Position numbers and translations under genes: made by a program. The notes beneath the pieces are model-generated. The model saw nothing but the letters and a program-made list of their open reading frames with translations. It ran no database searches and had not been told where the DNA came from. A stretch of DNA of 64,000 bases from Mobula hypostoma (Eukaryota). Shown here piece after piece: positions 12,090 to 24,270 of the stretch. Positions within the stretch are counted from its first letter, which is position 1; every line of letters starts with the position of its first letter. The stretch lies in assembly GCF_963921235.1 (NCBI RefSeq), contig NC_086108.1, forward strand, positions 85,376,001 to 85,440,000, read 5' to 3'.

Positions 12090-12965
12090 ATTTATGTAAA
12101 AAAAAATTCAAAAATGGCTCTTAATAGGATGCAAACCTGGGCTGAGAAGTGGCAGATGGAGTTCAACCCAGATAAGTGTGAGGTGGTTCATTTTGGTAGG
12201 TTAAATATGACGACAGAATATAGTATTAATGGTAAGACTCTTGGCAGTGTGGAGGATCAGAGGGATCTTGGGGTCTGTGTCCATAGGACACTCAGAGCTG
12301 CTGTGCAGGTTTCAAGGTTGACTATGTGGTTAAGAAATAATACGATGCATTGGCCTTCATCAACCGTGGGATTGAGTTCAAGAGCTGAGAGGTAATGTTA
12401 CAGCTGTATATGACCCTGGTCAGACCCCACTTGGACTACTGTGCTCAATTCTGGTCAACTCACCAAAGTGGAAACTATAGAAAGGGTGCAGAGGAGATTT
12501 ACAAGGAGGTTGCCTGAATTGAGGAGCATGCCTTTCAAGAATAGGTTGAGTGAACTTGGCTTTTTCTCCTTGGAGAGATGGAGGATGAGAGATGACGTGA
12601 TAGAAGTGTATAAGATGGTGAGAGGCATTGAATGTGTGGATAGTCCGAGGCTTTTTCCCAGGCTGAAATGGCTGACATGAAAGGACACGTTTTTAAGGTG
12701 CTTGGAAATAGGTACAGAGGGGAGGTCAGGGGTAAGTTTTTTTTACAAAGAGAGTGGCAAGTGCGTGGAATGGGCCGCCAGTGATGGTGGTTGAGGTGGA
12801 TACGATTGGGTCTTTTAAGAGACTCCCGGATAGGTACATGGAGCTTAGAAAAATAGAGGGCTATGTGTAACCCTAGGTAATTTCTAAAGTAAGTACATGT
12901 TTGGCACAGCATTGTTGGCCAAAAGGCCTGTATTGTGCTGTAGGCTTTCTATGTTTCTATGTAAC
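12090..12965 (+). mobile_element. CR1 3' fragment nested in Gypsy gag
   Basis: WAEKWQMEFNPDKCEVVHFG and IERVQRRFTR remnants, tail ttctatgtttctatg at ~12947-12961; gag resumes (TEAQLTFKR). Confidence 0.9.
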
Positions 12966-14229
12966 TGAAGCACAACTCACATTTAAAAGAACAGTAGAAA
13001 TTGCTGTATCAATGGAAATGGCAGACAGAGATGCAATTGTATTGCATTCAGGAATGAAAGTGAGCACAAACAAAATTGCAATATCTAAAGAGGAACCAAC
13101 CTGGCCAACCAGATTGTGTTACCACTGTGGCAGGGGCTCACTTACACCAGACCAATGCAGATTGAAAGATGAAACGTGCAGAAAATGCAATAAAGTGGGA
13201 CACATACAAACAGCATATTGGGCAGACACAAATAAATGGACTGCACAGGGAAGAGAAGAAGATATAATGTCAAGTTGCAGTTTCAAAAAGAGCACTAATC
13301 TGCACGCTGTTGAAAAATCTGATAATGATGAGGGTGACACAGGACTGACTAGACTTAAGATTTAAAATGTGAAAACTAACAAGAGACAAGCAATATAGCT
13401 TACACAGAAGTGAATGGTAAATTAATTAAAATGGAATTGGACACTGACTTGGCTGTTTCAGTCATTCTACAAAAAGAGTTTGTACTGTATTTCAAAGACA
13501 CTGAATTGAAGCCTGCTAAGAACTAAGATATCCAGCTAAGAACTAAAAATTGGAGAATTGATAATTCCTGTAGGAATAACATTTGTAATAGTGAAATACA
13601 ACAACTAACAATCCACATTGAACTTGCATGTGGTAAAAACAGGAGGGCCAGCACTGTGAGGTTGTGATTGCCTGAGGCAACTTTATTGGAGATCCAGCCA
13701 CTATTTGCACGGGCTATCCCCCGCAATAGAGTCAACTGAAAGTGAATTAAGAAAGGTACTGGATGATGCCACAACAGTGTTAAAGGATGGCAATGGAAAA
13801 CTCAAACATGTCAAGGATAAAATAGTTTAAAATGATAATGCCACCACCAAGCTTTACAAAGCTTGTCCAGTTCCTTATACCATCCATGATAAAGTAGTCA
13901 GTGAGATTGATCACATGGAGGCTGAAGGAGTTCTTTCCAAGATTGAGTGGGGCTGATTGATAACACCAGTGGTCCCAGTAGCCAAGAGTAATGGGGTCTA
14001 TCAGGATCGGTAATGACTTTATCAACCCAGTGCAGAAAGTAGATCAATATCCTCTTCCCAGGATAGAGGATACCTTTGTAAACCTTTCTGGAAGGAAACG
14101 CTTCAGCAAAGTGGACTTAGCTGAGGCCTACCAACTAAGATGCAGATGGAAGAAGAGTCCAAAGTGTTTCTCAACATAACCACTTACATAGGGCTTTATT
14201 GCTATAATAATGTTATTTTTGGAGTAGTA

Positions 14230-14309
14230 CAGGGTTTCCCAACCTAGGGACCATGGACCTCTTGCTTAATAGTATTGGTGCATGGCAATAAAAAGGTTGG
14301 GAAACCCTG
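14230..14309. mobile_element. 80-bp hAT-type MITE inside Gypsy RT
   Basis: Perfect 16-bp TIRs cagggtttcccaacct / aggttgggaaaccctg; 8-bp TSD gagtagta (14222-14229) / gagtagca (14310-14317). Confidence 0.9.
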
Positions 14310-14862
14310 GAGTAGCATCTGCACCTGCACTCTGACATAGAGCTATGGACCAGGTGATGCAAGACTGCTCAGGCACTCGGTGTTATCTGGGTGACATCAT
14401 TGTTACTAGTAAGGATGACAACGAAGACCTCCAAAATCTGAAGACAGTGTTAAAGAGATTAGAAGATTATGGGTTCAGAGCACAATGCAACAAGTGTGAA
14501 TTCTTTAAAGCAAGCATCACTTCCTGTGATCACACAATTGTCGCACAAGCATTACACAAGTGTACTGAGAAAATTCAAGCAGTGGTGGATGCCCCAGGGC
14601 CAAAGGATAGTTCACAGTTGAGATCCTTTTTAGGATTTGTCAATTACTATCTTAAATTCCTGCCAAACCTGGCTAGGGTGCTCCGCCCCTTCAACTCATC
14701 AGAACAGAGTGGGGATAAATGGCAATGGACAAAGCAGTGTGAGGTGCCTTTTAAAAAGGTAAAGGAACTGGAAGTTAGACATGTACTCACACAATAAAAT
14801 CCACATTATCCAGTGAAAGTTTGCCTGTGATGCCTCGCTTTCTGGTATAGATGCATGTCATA

Positions 14863-17800
14863 TCAGACACTTCTGGGGTGCCTAGGCACGACTTGGGTAG
14901 CAGCAGTACTCTCAAAGAATATGATTAAATATTCCTGTTTCAGTCTGATGCAACTAAAAAGCGCAACTGCTTCCAAGGTCAGTACAGTCAACGAAAATGT
15001 CAGTGCGTTTAAATGAACTATCACTGCTTTAAACCGACGGAAACAACAGTGATTGTGGTCGGAAATGACCTCGGAGGACACCTTGGAGGAAGCGCGTGTG
15101 TAGTTCAGGGTTACAAGTGCATTTAAGGAAACAGAGTTTTGAACTCCCTATACCAACTATCCTGCTGGCGAATGTGCAGTCTCTGGTTAATAAAATCGAT
15201 GAACTCAGAGCCAGGGTGCTGAATCAGAGGGACATTAGGACCGCGTGTGTCCTTTGTTTCACGGAATCCTGGTTAACCCATTCCATACTGGATGCAGTGA
15301 TCCAGATCCAGATTAGGATAGAACTATAGAGTCTCTCAAAAGCAGAGGTGGAGGAGTATGCCTCATGATCAATTCTTTTTGGTGCACAAATATATCAGTG
15401 CTGCCCCAATTCTGCTCACCAGACCTGGAATATCTACCAGTAAAGTGCCATCCTTTTTACCTACCACGGGAGTTCTCCGGGGACATTTTGGTAGCAGTTT
15501 ACATTCCACCTCAGGCCAATATCAAACAGGCTTTAGATGATCTGAGTAATAGGATCAACATGCAGGAAACAGCATACCCTAACATCTTCACCATCGTTTT
15601 GGGAGATTTTAACCAGGCAAGTCTGAAAAAAGTCACAAAGCAACTACCATCAACAGATCACTTGCAATGCCAGAGGAAACAACACACTGGTCCATTGCTA
15701 CACCACCATCAAGAATGCCTACCGTGCTATTCCACGCCCTCACTTCGGATGTCTGATCACCTAGCTGTACTTCTACTCCCTGAGTATAGGCAGAGACTGA
15801 AGACTGTAGCACCAGCAGTGAGGACCAAGGAGGTATGGACAAGGGAAGCACAGGAGCGCCTACAGGACTGCTTTGAATCGGTGGACTGGACTGTATTCAG
15901 GGATTCATATTCAAACCTGGATGAGTATGCTGCAGCTGTTACTGACTTCATTAAAACCTGTGTGGATGAGTGTGTGCCCACAAAAACTTACTGTACATTC
16001 CCAAACCAAAATCTGTGGATGAACCAGGAGGTACGTTGCCTGCTGAAGATCTGTGGTATTCAAATCTGGCAACCCAGGCCTGTACCAGAAAACCAGGTAT
16101 GATTTGCGGAGGGCTATTTCAATGACGAAGAGACAATTTCCAATGAGGTTGGAGGCGACATCGAATGCACGGCAACTCTGGCAGGTTCTGCAAAACATTA
16201 CTTCCTACAAAGCGAGACCCAGTAGCATGTATGGCAGGGATGTTTCACTACCAGATGAACTCAACACCTTCTAAGCACGTTTTGAAAGGGAGAACACAAC
16301 TACAGCTGTGAAGATCCCTGCTGCACATAATGACCCTGTGATCTCCGTCTCAGAGCACAATGCAACAAGTGTGAATTCTTTAAAGCAAGCATCACTTCCT
16401 GTGATCACACAATTGACGCACAAGCATTACACAAGTGTACTGAGAAAATTCAAGCAGTGGTGGATGCCCCAGGGCCAAAGGTGGTTCACAGTTGAGATCC
16501 TTTTTAGGATTTGTCAATTACTATCTTAAGTTCCTGCCAAACCTGGCTAGGGTGCTCCGCCCCTTCAACTGATCAGAACAGAGTGGGAATAAATGGCAAT
16601 GGACAAAGCAGTGTGAGGTCAACGGTGAGCAGTGTGAGCTCAGAGGCCAATGTTAGACTGTCTTTAAAGAGAGTGAACCCTTGTAAGGCGGAAGGTCCCG
16701 ATGGAGTACCTGGTAAGGCTCTGAAAACCTATGCCGACCAACTAGTGGGAGTATTCAAGGACATTTTCAGCCTCTCACTGCTATGGGCAGAAGTTCCAAT
16801 TGCTTCAAAAAGGCAACAATTATACCAGTGCCTAAGAAGACTATCTCCGGTAGCACTCACATTGACAGTGATGAAATGTTTTGAGACTAGACTGAACTCC
16901 TGCCTCAGCAAGGACCTGGACCCATTGCAATTTGCCTATTGCCACATTAGGTCAACGGCAGACACAATCTGAATGGCTCTCCACATGGCTTTAGACCACC
17001 TGGACAACACAAAAACCTAGGTCAGGATGCTGTTCATGTCTATAGTTCAGCATTTACTGCCATCATTCCTACAATCCTGATTGAGAAGTTGCAGAACCTC
17101 GGCCTCTGCAATTGGATCCTTGACTTCCTAACTGGAAGATTACAATCTGTGCAGATTGGTGATAACATATCCTCCTCGCTGACGATCAACACTGGTGCAC
17201 CTCAGGGGTGTGTGCTTAGCCCACTGCTCTACTCTCTATATATACATTACTGTGAGGCTAGGCATAGCTCAAATACATCTATAAATTTGCTGATGATACA
17301 ACCATTGTTGGTAGAGTCTCAGGTAGTGACAAGAGGGCGTACAGGAGTGAGATATGCCAACTAGTGGAATAGTGCTGTAGCAACAACCTGGCACTCAATG
17401 TCAGTAATATGAAAGAGCTGATTGTGGACTTCAGGAAGAGTAAGATGAAGGAACAGATACCAATTCTCATAGAGGGATCAGAAGTGGAGAGAGTGAGCAG
17501 TTTCAAGTTCCTGGGTGTCAAGATCTCTGAGGATCTAACCTGGCCCCAACATATTGATGCAGTTATAAAGAAGGCAAGACAGTGGTTATACTTTATTTGG
17601 AGTTTGAAGTGACTTGGCATGTCAACAAATACACTCAAAAACTTCTATAGTTGTACCGTGGAGAGCATTCTGACAGGGTGCATCACTGTGTGGTATGGAG
17701 GGGCTACTGCACAGGACTGAAAGAAGCTGCAGAAGGTTGCAAATCTAGTCAGCTCCATCTTGGGCACTAGCCTACAAAGTACCCAGGACATCTTTAGGGA

Positions 17801-18104
17801 GCGGTGTCTCAGAAAGGCAGCAGCTATTATTAAGGACCTCCAGCAGCCAGCGCATGCCCTTTTCTCACTGTTACCATCAGGTAGGAGGTACCTAAGCCTA
17901 AAGGCTCACACTCAGCGATTCAGGAACAGCTTCTTCCCCTCTGCCATCTGATTCCTAAATGGACGTTGAATCTTTGGACACACTCTTACTTTTTTAAAAA
18001 TATACATTATTTCTGTTTTTGCACATTTTGTCGTAATCTATTCAATATACGTAATTGATTTAGTTGTTTATTTATTATTATTATTATTTTATTTCTGATT
18101 CTGA
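14863..18104 (+). mobile_element. Near full-length Rex1/Babar-type LINE (pseudogenised EN + RT) nested in Gypsy RNase H region
   Basis: [77 protein letters not shown]; tail ttctgattctgat. Gypsy resumes with gctttgcatcacgttccctcacc (AFASRSLT-like). Confidence 0.9.
16350..16619 (+). repeat. ~270-bp direct copy of 14475-14745 (Gypsy RT segment) inserted in the Rex1 LINE
   Basis: tcagagcacaatgcaacaag...gcagtgtgaggt occurs at both sites with only about six differences counted by eye. Confidence 0.95.
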
Positions 18105-19031
18105 TGTTCTGAGTGATTGAAATTATGGTAGGCTTTGCATCACGTTCCCTCACCACTGCAGAGAAAAATGATGCACAGGTTGACAGCGGTGCCTTGAGTC
18201 TGGTTTGGGGTGTAAAACATTCCAATCCGTCCTTGTAAAGGAAAGAGTTTACCCTCAGTACTGATCATTAACCACCGGTGCCCATTTTCAGTCCACAGAA
18301 GGGTAACCGCCCTAGCAGCAGCAGCAGAAACACAGAGATGGGCTCTGTTTCTTGGAGGGCACAATTACAAAATCGAATTCAAGAGGACAGCTAATTATAG
18401 AAATGCTGATGTGTTGTCCATTTACCCTTGGAAAAGGAAGTACCTGAAATATTTACAGAAGAGGACATTCCTCCTGATGTATTCTCCCTAATGCAAATCT
18501 AAAGCATCCCTGTGATGCAGAGAATATGCAGAGAAAATGAAAGGAAAAACAGAAAAGACGCCACATTGTCTCAGGTCTACATGGCAATACAAAATGACAA
18601 GAATATGCGCAGAAGTTCCACTTACCCCAGTTTTATCAGCGCTGGGATGAACTTTCCCTTGACGGGTTGCCTTATGTCAGGATTGAGAGTTGTTGTACCA
18701 TCCAAACTGAGTGTTGGAGGAGCCACTTGCAAGTCATCTTGGTGTGGTCAAGATAAAAGCATTGGCTTAAATCTTTGTCTGGTGGCCTGAGCTAGATCAG
18801 CAGATCAACCAGTTTGTCATGCACTGTTCAGGATGCCAACGTGTCCAGAAGATGTCAAGAGTAGTGTTCCTCCATCTCTGGGATTGGTCTGCATTTCCCT
18901 GGCAGAGGATTCATGTGCATTTTGCCAGACCATTCATGAATGCAAATATCCTGGCAGTAGTGGATGCAACTACAAAGTGGCCAGAAGTGTTCCCAATAGC
19001 TTCTACTACAAACTCGCACATTGTTGAAGTT

Positions 19032-19335
19032 GAACTAGAGGGCACAGCCTCAAAAGTGAGGGGAGACCCTTTAGAACAGAAGTTGGGAAATTTTTTCTTG
19101 CCAGAGAGTAGTGAATCTGTGGAATGCTCTGCCACAGACTGTGGTGGAGGCCAAGTCTGTGGGTATATTTAAAGCAGAAGTTGATAGATTCCTGATAAGT
19201 CAGGGCATCAAGGGATATGGTGAGAGGGAGGTGTATGGGGTTAATGGGATCTGGGATCATCCATGATGAAATGGCGGAGCAGAGTCAATGGGCTGAATGG
19301 CCTGATTCTGCTCCTATGCTTTATGGTCTTATGAT
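19032..19335 (+). mobile_element. CR1 3' fragment nested in Gypsy integrase
   Basis: aactagagggcacagcctc..gtgaatctgtggaat..3' UTR..ttatggtcttatg. Confidence 0.88.
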
Positions 19336-19568
19336 GTGTTGAGAACAGTTTATTGCAGAATAGTTTCAGTCATTCTTAAAAGTGAATGGAGTAAGACATC
19401 TGTATACTACCATCCAGCTATAAATGGCTTGACGGAAAGATTTGTACAGAGTCTAAAGAACATACTGCAAACAAAGTCAGCAGAACACACAGCACTAACA
19501 CTTGCTATTTTCTGTCTTACATATTGCAGTGCAGCACACTCCACAACCAACAATTCACCAACTATGCC

Positions 19569-20058
19569 GTGGTGTCATCAGCAAACTTGTATATGGTGTT
19601 GAAGCTGTACTTACCACACAGTCATGGGTATAAAGCAAGTGGACCAGCGGGCAATGTACACGTCCCGGTGGTGCTCCTGTGCTGACAGAAATTGTGGAGG
19701 AGATGTTTTTGCCAATCTGATCTGACTGGGGTCTACAAGGGAGGAAATTCGGGATCTAATTGCACAAGAAGGGTACTGAAGCCCAGGTCGTTTAGATGAG
19801 CTCAATGCCTTCGATCACCAAAACAAGGAGGAACCATCACGCACATCCATGTCTCCCACTGATCCTTTGATCTCAGTATCTGAAGATGATGTGCAGGCTG
19901 CCTTCAAGAGAGTGAATCCAAGGAAAACATCCGGTTCGGATGGAGTATCTGGCCGAGTACTGAAGACCTGCACTCACTAGCTGTCTGGTGTATTCACGGA
20001 TATCCTCAAGCTCTCGTTCCAGCAGTGTGTGGTACCTACCTGCTTGAAGTAGGCTTCT
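19569..20058. mobile_element. Two internal Rex1-type RT fragments in opposite orientation (19569-19790 minus, ~19793-20058 plus)
   Basis: The minus piece encodes ..STGAP..YKFADDT; the plus piece encodes DELNAF..FKRVNPRKTSGSDGV. Neither has a 3' tail. Confidence 0.75.
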
Positions 20059-20335
20059 TGCAGTCCCAGAGTCAGCTCTTATAACCACCATGGAGGAGGC
20101 CTCAGAACCTGAGGTTGTTTCATAGCAACAAATCTCTCCTGCCAAGTAGATTGACTGCTCTTGTCAGGAACAGCATTATTCTACCAGGGTAAAACATCCT
20201 CCACAGCAATTAAATCTTTAGACCTGAAAGGAACTACTTAAAGTTAGCGATGCTGTAGATATCTGAATATAAATTTGTATATAAATTGAGATGCATTCTA
20301 TAATAAGTTGGAGTTTATAGCTAAGCAGGGAGGAG

Positions 20336-20558
20336 TGTTGTGTATTTAATATTTCAGTAATACTGTAAATATTTTGTTTCATTAAGCATTCTTTGTTCTT
20401 TACATAATGCATTGTGGGTCATACTGTATATCAAAGTACATAATTGCACCACCAGATCAGAAGTGCGTGCTTCACTGAAGTAAAAATGAAGAGTGCACTT
20501 TTATCCTGATCTCCCATGTTTTTCTTTCAGATAGTTTCTGGAATTACAAAACATAACA
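20336..20558 (+). repeat. Gypsy 3' LTR
   Basis: Preceded by a polypurine tract; homologous to 11252-11481. Confidence 0.9.
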
Positions 20559-20994
20559 ATCTTCACTGGTGATTACATGCAGACAACCTCCAGGGAATAG
20601 TCTAGCCCTGTGGAATGTCAAATAATCCCAGACGGTGAATTCTGTTGGTCAATATAACGTCCATTAGGTTATGTGCTCTGTTTAAGTTTTAAAGTTAAAT
20701 TATTGACACTTGGGGCAGCATCTTCAATGCACATTGCTGGAATATAGGGGCAGCTGTTGGATGATATTGTGATTTCCACCTCAAGGGCTCCCACAATTGA
20801 TTTGCCCAAGTGATATAAAGACAGTGGATAGGTAGATAGAGAGAAAGAGGGTGAGACAGACAGATAAATGGATCAATAGATGTAGATGTAGAGAGAATTG
20901 TCAATTTTGATCCAAAAGTATGGGTACAGATGTATTAGTGGCTGTCCAGGTGAATGATGACATCGCGTTCCCCCTCTGTTCAACACATACAGTA

Positions 20995-23900
20995 CATACA
21001 CCTGCTTTAAGAAGATCACTATTATCCCAGTATTTAAGAGAAACAAGGTAACATGCCTTAATGACTACCACCCAGTGACTCTAACATTCACCATCATGAA
21101 ATGTTTCAAGAAGCTGGTTAGAGCGTGCATTAACTCTACCTTCCCAGACAATCTTGACCCAATGCAAATCAATTACAGCTCAAACAGGTCCATGGCAGAC
21201 ACTATATTTATCTCTGGAGCATCTGTATTGTAATGGCATCTACATTAGACTATTGTTTCCTGACTATAGCTCAGGCTTCAGTTTTATAATTCCAAGCATA
21301 CTCATCTACAAACACCTAGACCTCTCCCTTTGCAAATGGCTTCTTAATTTCCTGCCCAACAGTAAGAATAGCTAGCAACACATTCGCCAAGATTATTCTC
21401 AATACTGTACCCCTCAAGGTTACACCCTCAGCTGCCTTCACTAATCCTTATACAATCCACACAAAATACTGGAGGAACTCAGCAGGCCAGGCTGCATCTA
21501 TGGAAAAGAGTAAACAGTCGACTTTTTGGACCAAGATCCTTCATCGGGACTGGAACGGAAGAGGAGAAGTCAGAGTAAGAAGGTAGGGGTTGGGGAGGAG
21601 GAGTACAAGGTGGTAGGTAATTGGTGAAACTGGGAGAGAGGACGGGGTTAAAGTAAAGAGCTGGGAAGTTGATTGGTGAAACAGATAAAGGTCTGGAGAA
21701 GGAGGAATCTGAAAGGAGATGACAGAAGACAATGGAAAAAAAGGAAGGGGGATCTCCTACCCAAGATCCTCCCGTTTCTACCTCCCACCTAAGATCCATA
21801 AGCCTGCCTGTCCAAGAAGACCCATTGTTTCTGCCTGTTCCTGCCCACCTAACTTGTGTCTGCATACCTTGACGCTGCTTTATTCCCCCCGGTTCAGCTC
21901 CTTCCTACCTACATCCATGACACTTCACATCCTCTTAATCTTCTCAATGACTTTAAGTTCTCTGGACCCGATTGTCTTATCTTCACTATGGAAGTTCAGA
22001 TACTATACATCTCCATCCCCCATCAGGAGGGCCTTAAAGCTCTCCGCTTCTTTCTGGGCAACAGACCCAACTGGTTTCCATCCACCACCACTCTCCTCCA
22101 TCTGGTCGATCTGGTCCTCACCCTCAATAATTTCTCCTTCAATTCCACCCACTTCTTTCAGACCAAGTTCCTATTTATGCTGGCCTGTTTGTTGGCTACA
22201 TGGAACAGTCCAAGTTCTAAGCTACACTGCCATCGCTCCCCAACTCTTCCTATGCTACACTGATGACTGCATTGGTGCTGCTTCCTGAACCCATGCTGAG
22301 CTCGTCGATTTAATCAACTTTGCCTTCAACTTCCACCCTGCCCTCAGTTTTACTTGGTCCATTCCGACATCTCCCTCCCCTTTCTCGATCTCTCTGTCTC
22401 CATCTTCAGAAAGTCTATTTACTGATATCTTTTGTAAACACGCTGACACTCACAGCTATCTGGATGATATCTCTTCCTACCTTATCACTTGTAAAAATGC
22501 AACCCCGTTCTCTCATTTCCTCTGTCTCCGCTACCTGCTTTTTGGATGAGGTTTTTCATTCCAGAACTACTGTCTTCCTTATTCAAAGAAAGGGGCTTCC
22601 CTTCCTCCACCATCAACGTTGCCCTCATCTGCATCTCTTCCATTTCATGCATACCTGCCCTCACCCCATCCTCTCACTCCCACATCAGGAAAAGGATTTC
22701 TCTTGTCCTTCCCTACCACCCCACCAGCTTCCACATCCAGCTCAAAATTCTCTGTAACTTCTGCCATCTCCAACGGGATCTCACCACTTAATGCATCTTT
22801 GCTTTCCCACCCCCACTTTCTGCTTCCCACAGGAATAGCTTCCTATGCAACTCCCTTATCCACTCGTCCCTCCACACTGATCTCCCTCCTGGTACTTATC
22901 CTTGCAAGTAGAACAAGTACCACACCTGCCCCTACATCTCCTCTCCCACTACCATTCAAAGCCCCAAACAGTCCTTCCAAGTGAGGCGATACTTCAACTG
23001 TAAATCTTCTGAGGTCACCTACTGTATCTGTGGTCTCCTGTATATCGATGAGACCCAACATAGATCGGAAGACCGCTAACACTTTCAACAATCAACTTTA
23101 CAGCTCTTTACTTCACCCCCTTCCCTTTCCCAGTTTCATCTATCACCTACCACCTTGTATTTCCTCTTCCCCTCCCCCCCTTCTTACTCTGACATTCCTT
23201 TTCTCTTTCCAGTTCTGCTGAAGGGTCTTGGCCTGAAACGTTGGCTATTTACCCTTTTCCAAAGATACTGCCTGGCTTGCTGAGTTCCTCTGGCATTTTG
23301 TGTGTGTTGTTTTGGATTTCCAGCAGCTTCAACTCTTCTTGTGTTTCTTATGCTTTCGGAATTGTGTGACCAGATTCTGCTCTACCTCCGACCAGAAGTT
23401 TACAGATGATACCACTGCAGTGAGCTGTATCCCATGTAACAAAGGATACAGGAAGGAGATAGGGAGCCTAGTGACATGGTGTCATGACAATAACTTTTCT
23501 TTCAATGTCAGTTAAACCAAAATCTGGTCATTGACTTTAGGAAGGAGGATGGTGCACATCCTCAGGTTTACGTCAATAGTGCTGAGGTTGAGAGCTTCAT
23601 GTTCCTACGACTGAACATTACTGATAACCTGTCCTGGTCCAAACATGTAGATGGCACGGCTAAGAAAGCTCACCAGAGCCTCTAGTTCCTCAGGAGGCTA
23701 AAAAAAAATTGGCATTTCCTCTTCAACCCATGCCAATGTTTAATGAATCACGATTATGGATGCTTGGTTTGGCAACTGCTTTGCCCAAAACCTGAGGAAA
23801 CAGGCGTTTTGAAGATGCAGCTCAGCCCACACAGAAAACAATCCCCACTCCATTCCCTTTGTGCACATGTCTTAATGCCCGGTAAAAACAGCCAGCATAA

Positions 23901-24270
23901 TCAAAGACCTCACCCATCCTGGGTATACCTTCCACTCACCCCACCCCATGGGCGGAAGATGCAAAAGCCTAAAAGCACCTACTACCAGGAATAAGGAAAA
24001 CTTCTATCTCACTGTTATAAGATGATTGAATGGCTTTCTAGTATAATGAGATAGACTTTTACCTTACAATCTGTCTTGTTATGACCTTTTACCTTATTAT
24101 CCACCTGCACTGCACTTTCCCTGTAACAGTAACAGTTTATTCTGCATCCTGTTATTGTTTTACATGGGTACTACTCTGATGCAAAGTTGTAATGAATCCA
24201 TCTGCACGAATGGTGTGCAAGACACTGTACTCAATACATGCTACAATAATAAACAAATTTACCATAGCCT
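20995..24270 (+). mobile_element. Old Rex1-type LINE RT/3' part (20995-21455 plus 23355-24270), split by a Penelope element
   Basis: LNDY.PV.LT..IMKCF, RLLFPDYSS, KFTDDTT remnants and a 3' tail near 24250. Confidence 0.75.
21456..23350 (+). mobile_element. Penelope-like element: RT + GIY-YIG remnants with an inverted 5' pseudo-LTR (21456-21750)
   Basis: RFYLPPKIHKPACPRRPIVSACSCP, LIFTMEVQILYISIPHQEG, LFLCYTDDCIG; GIY-YIG-like YFNC..TYCI..LLYIDET. The left arm is the reverse complement of ~23085-23310. Confidence 0.9.

Larger units (their letters stand above)
11252..20558 (+). mobile_element. Decayed full-length Gypsy/Ty3 LTR retrotransposon with multiple nested insertions
   Basis: LTRs at 11252-11481 and 20336-20558 (TGTTG..TAACA), PPT agcagggaggag, 5-bp flanks agctt/atctt. 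Gag Zn-knuckles CYHCGRG..CRKCNKVGH, protease MELDT (~13430), RT YPLPRIED/FSKVDLAEAY/YLGDIIV/LRSFLGFVNYY, integrase PWQRIHVHFA..VVDATTKWPEV and YHPAINGLTERFVQSLK. Order PR-RT-RH-IN. Confidence 0.93.
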
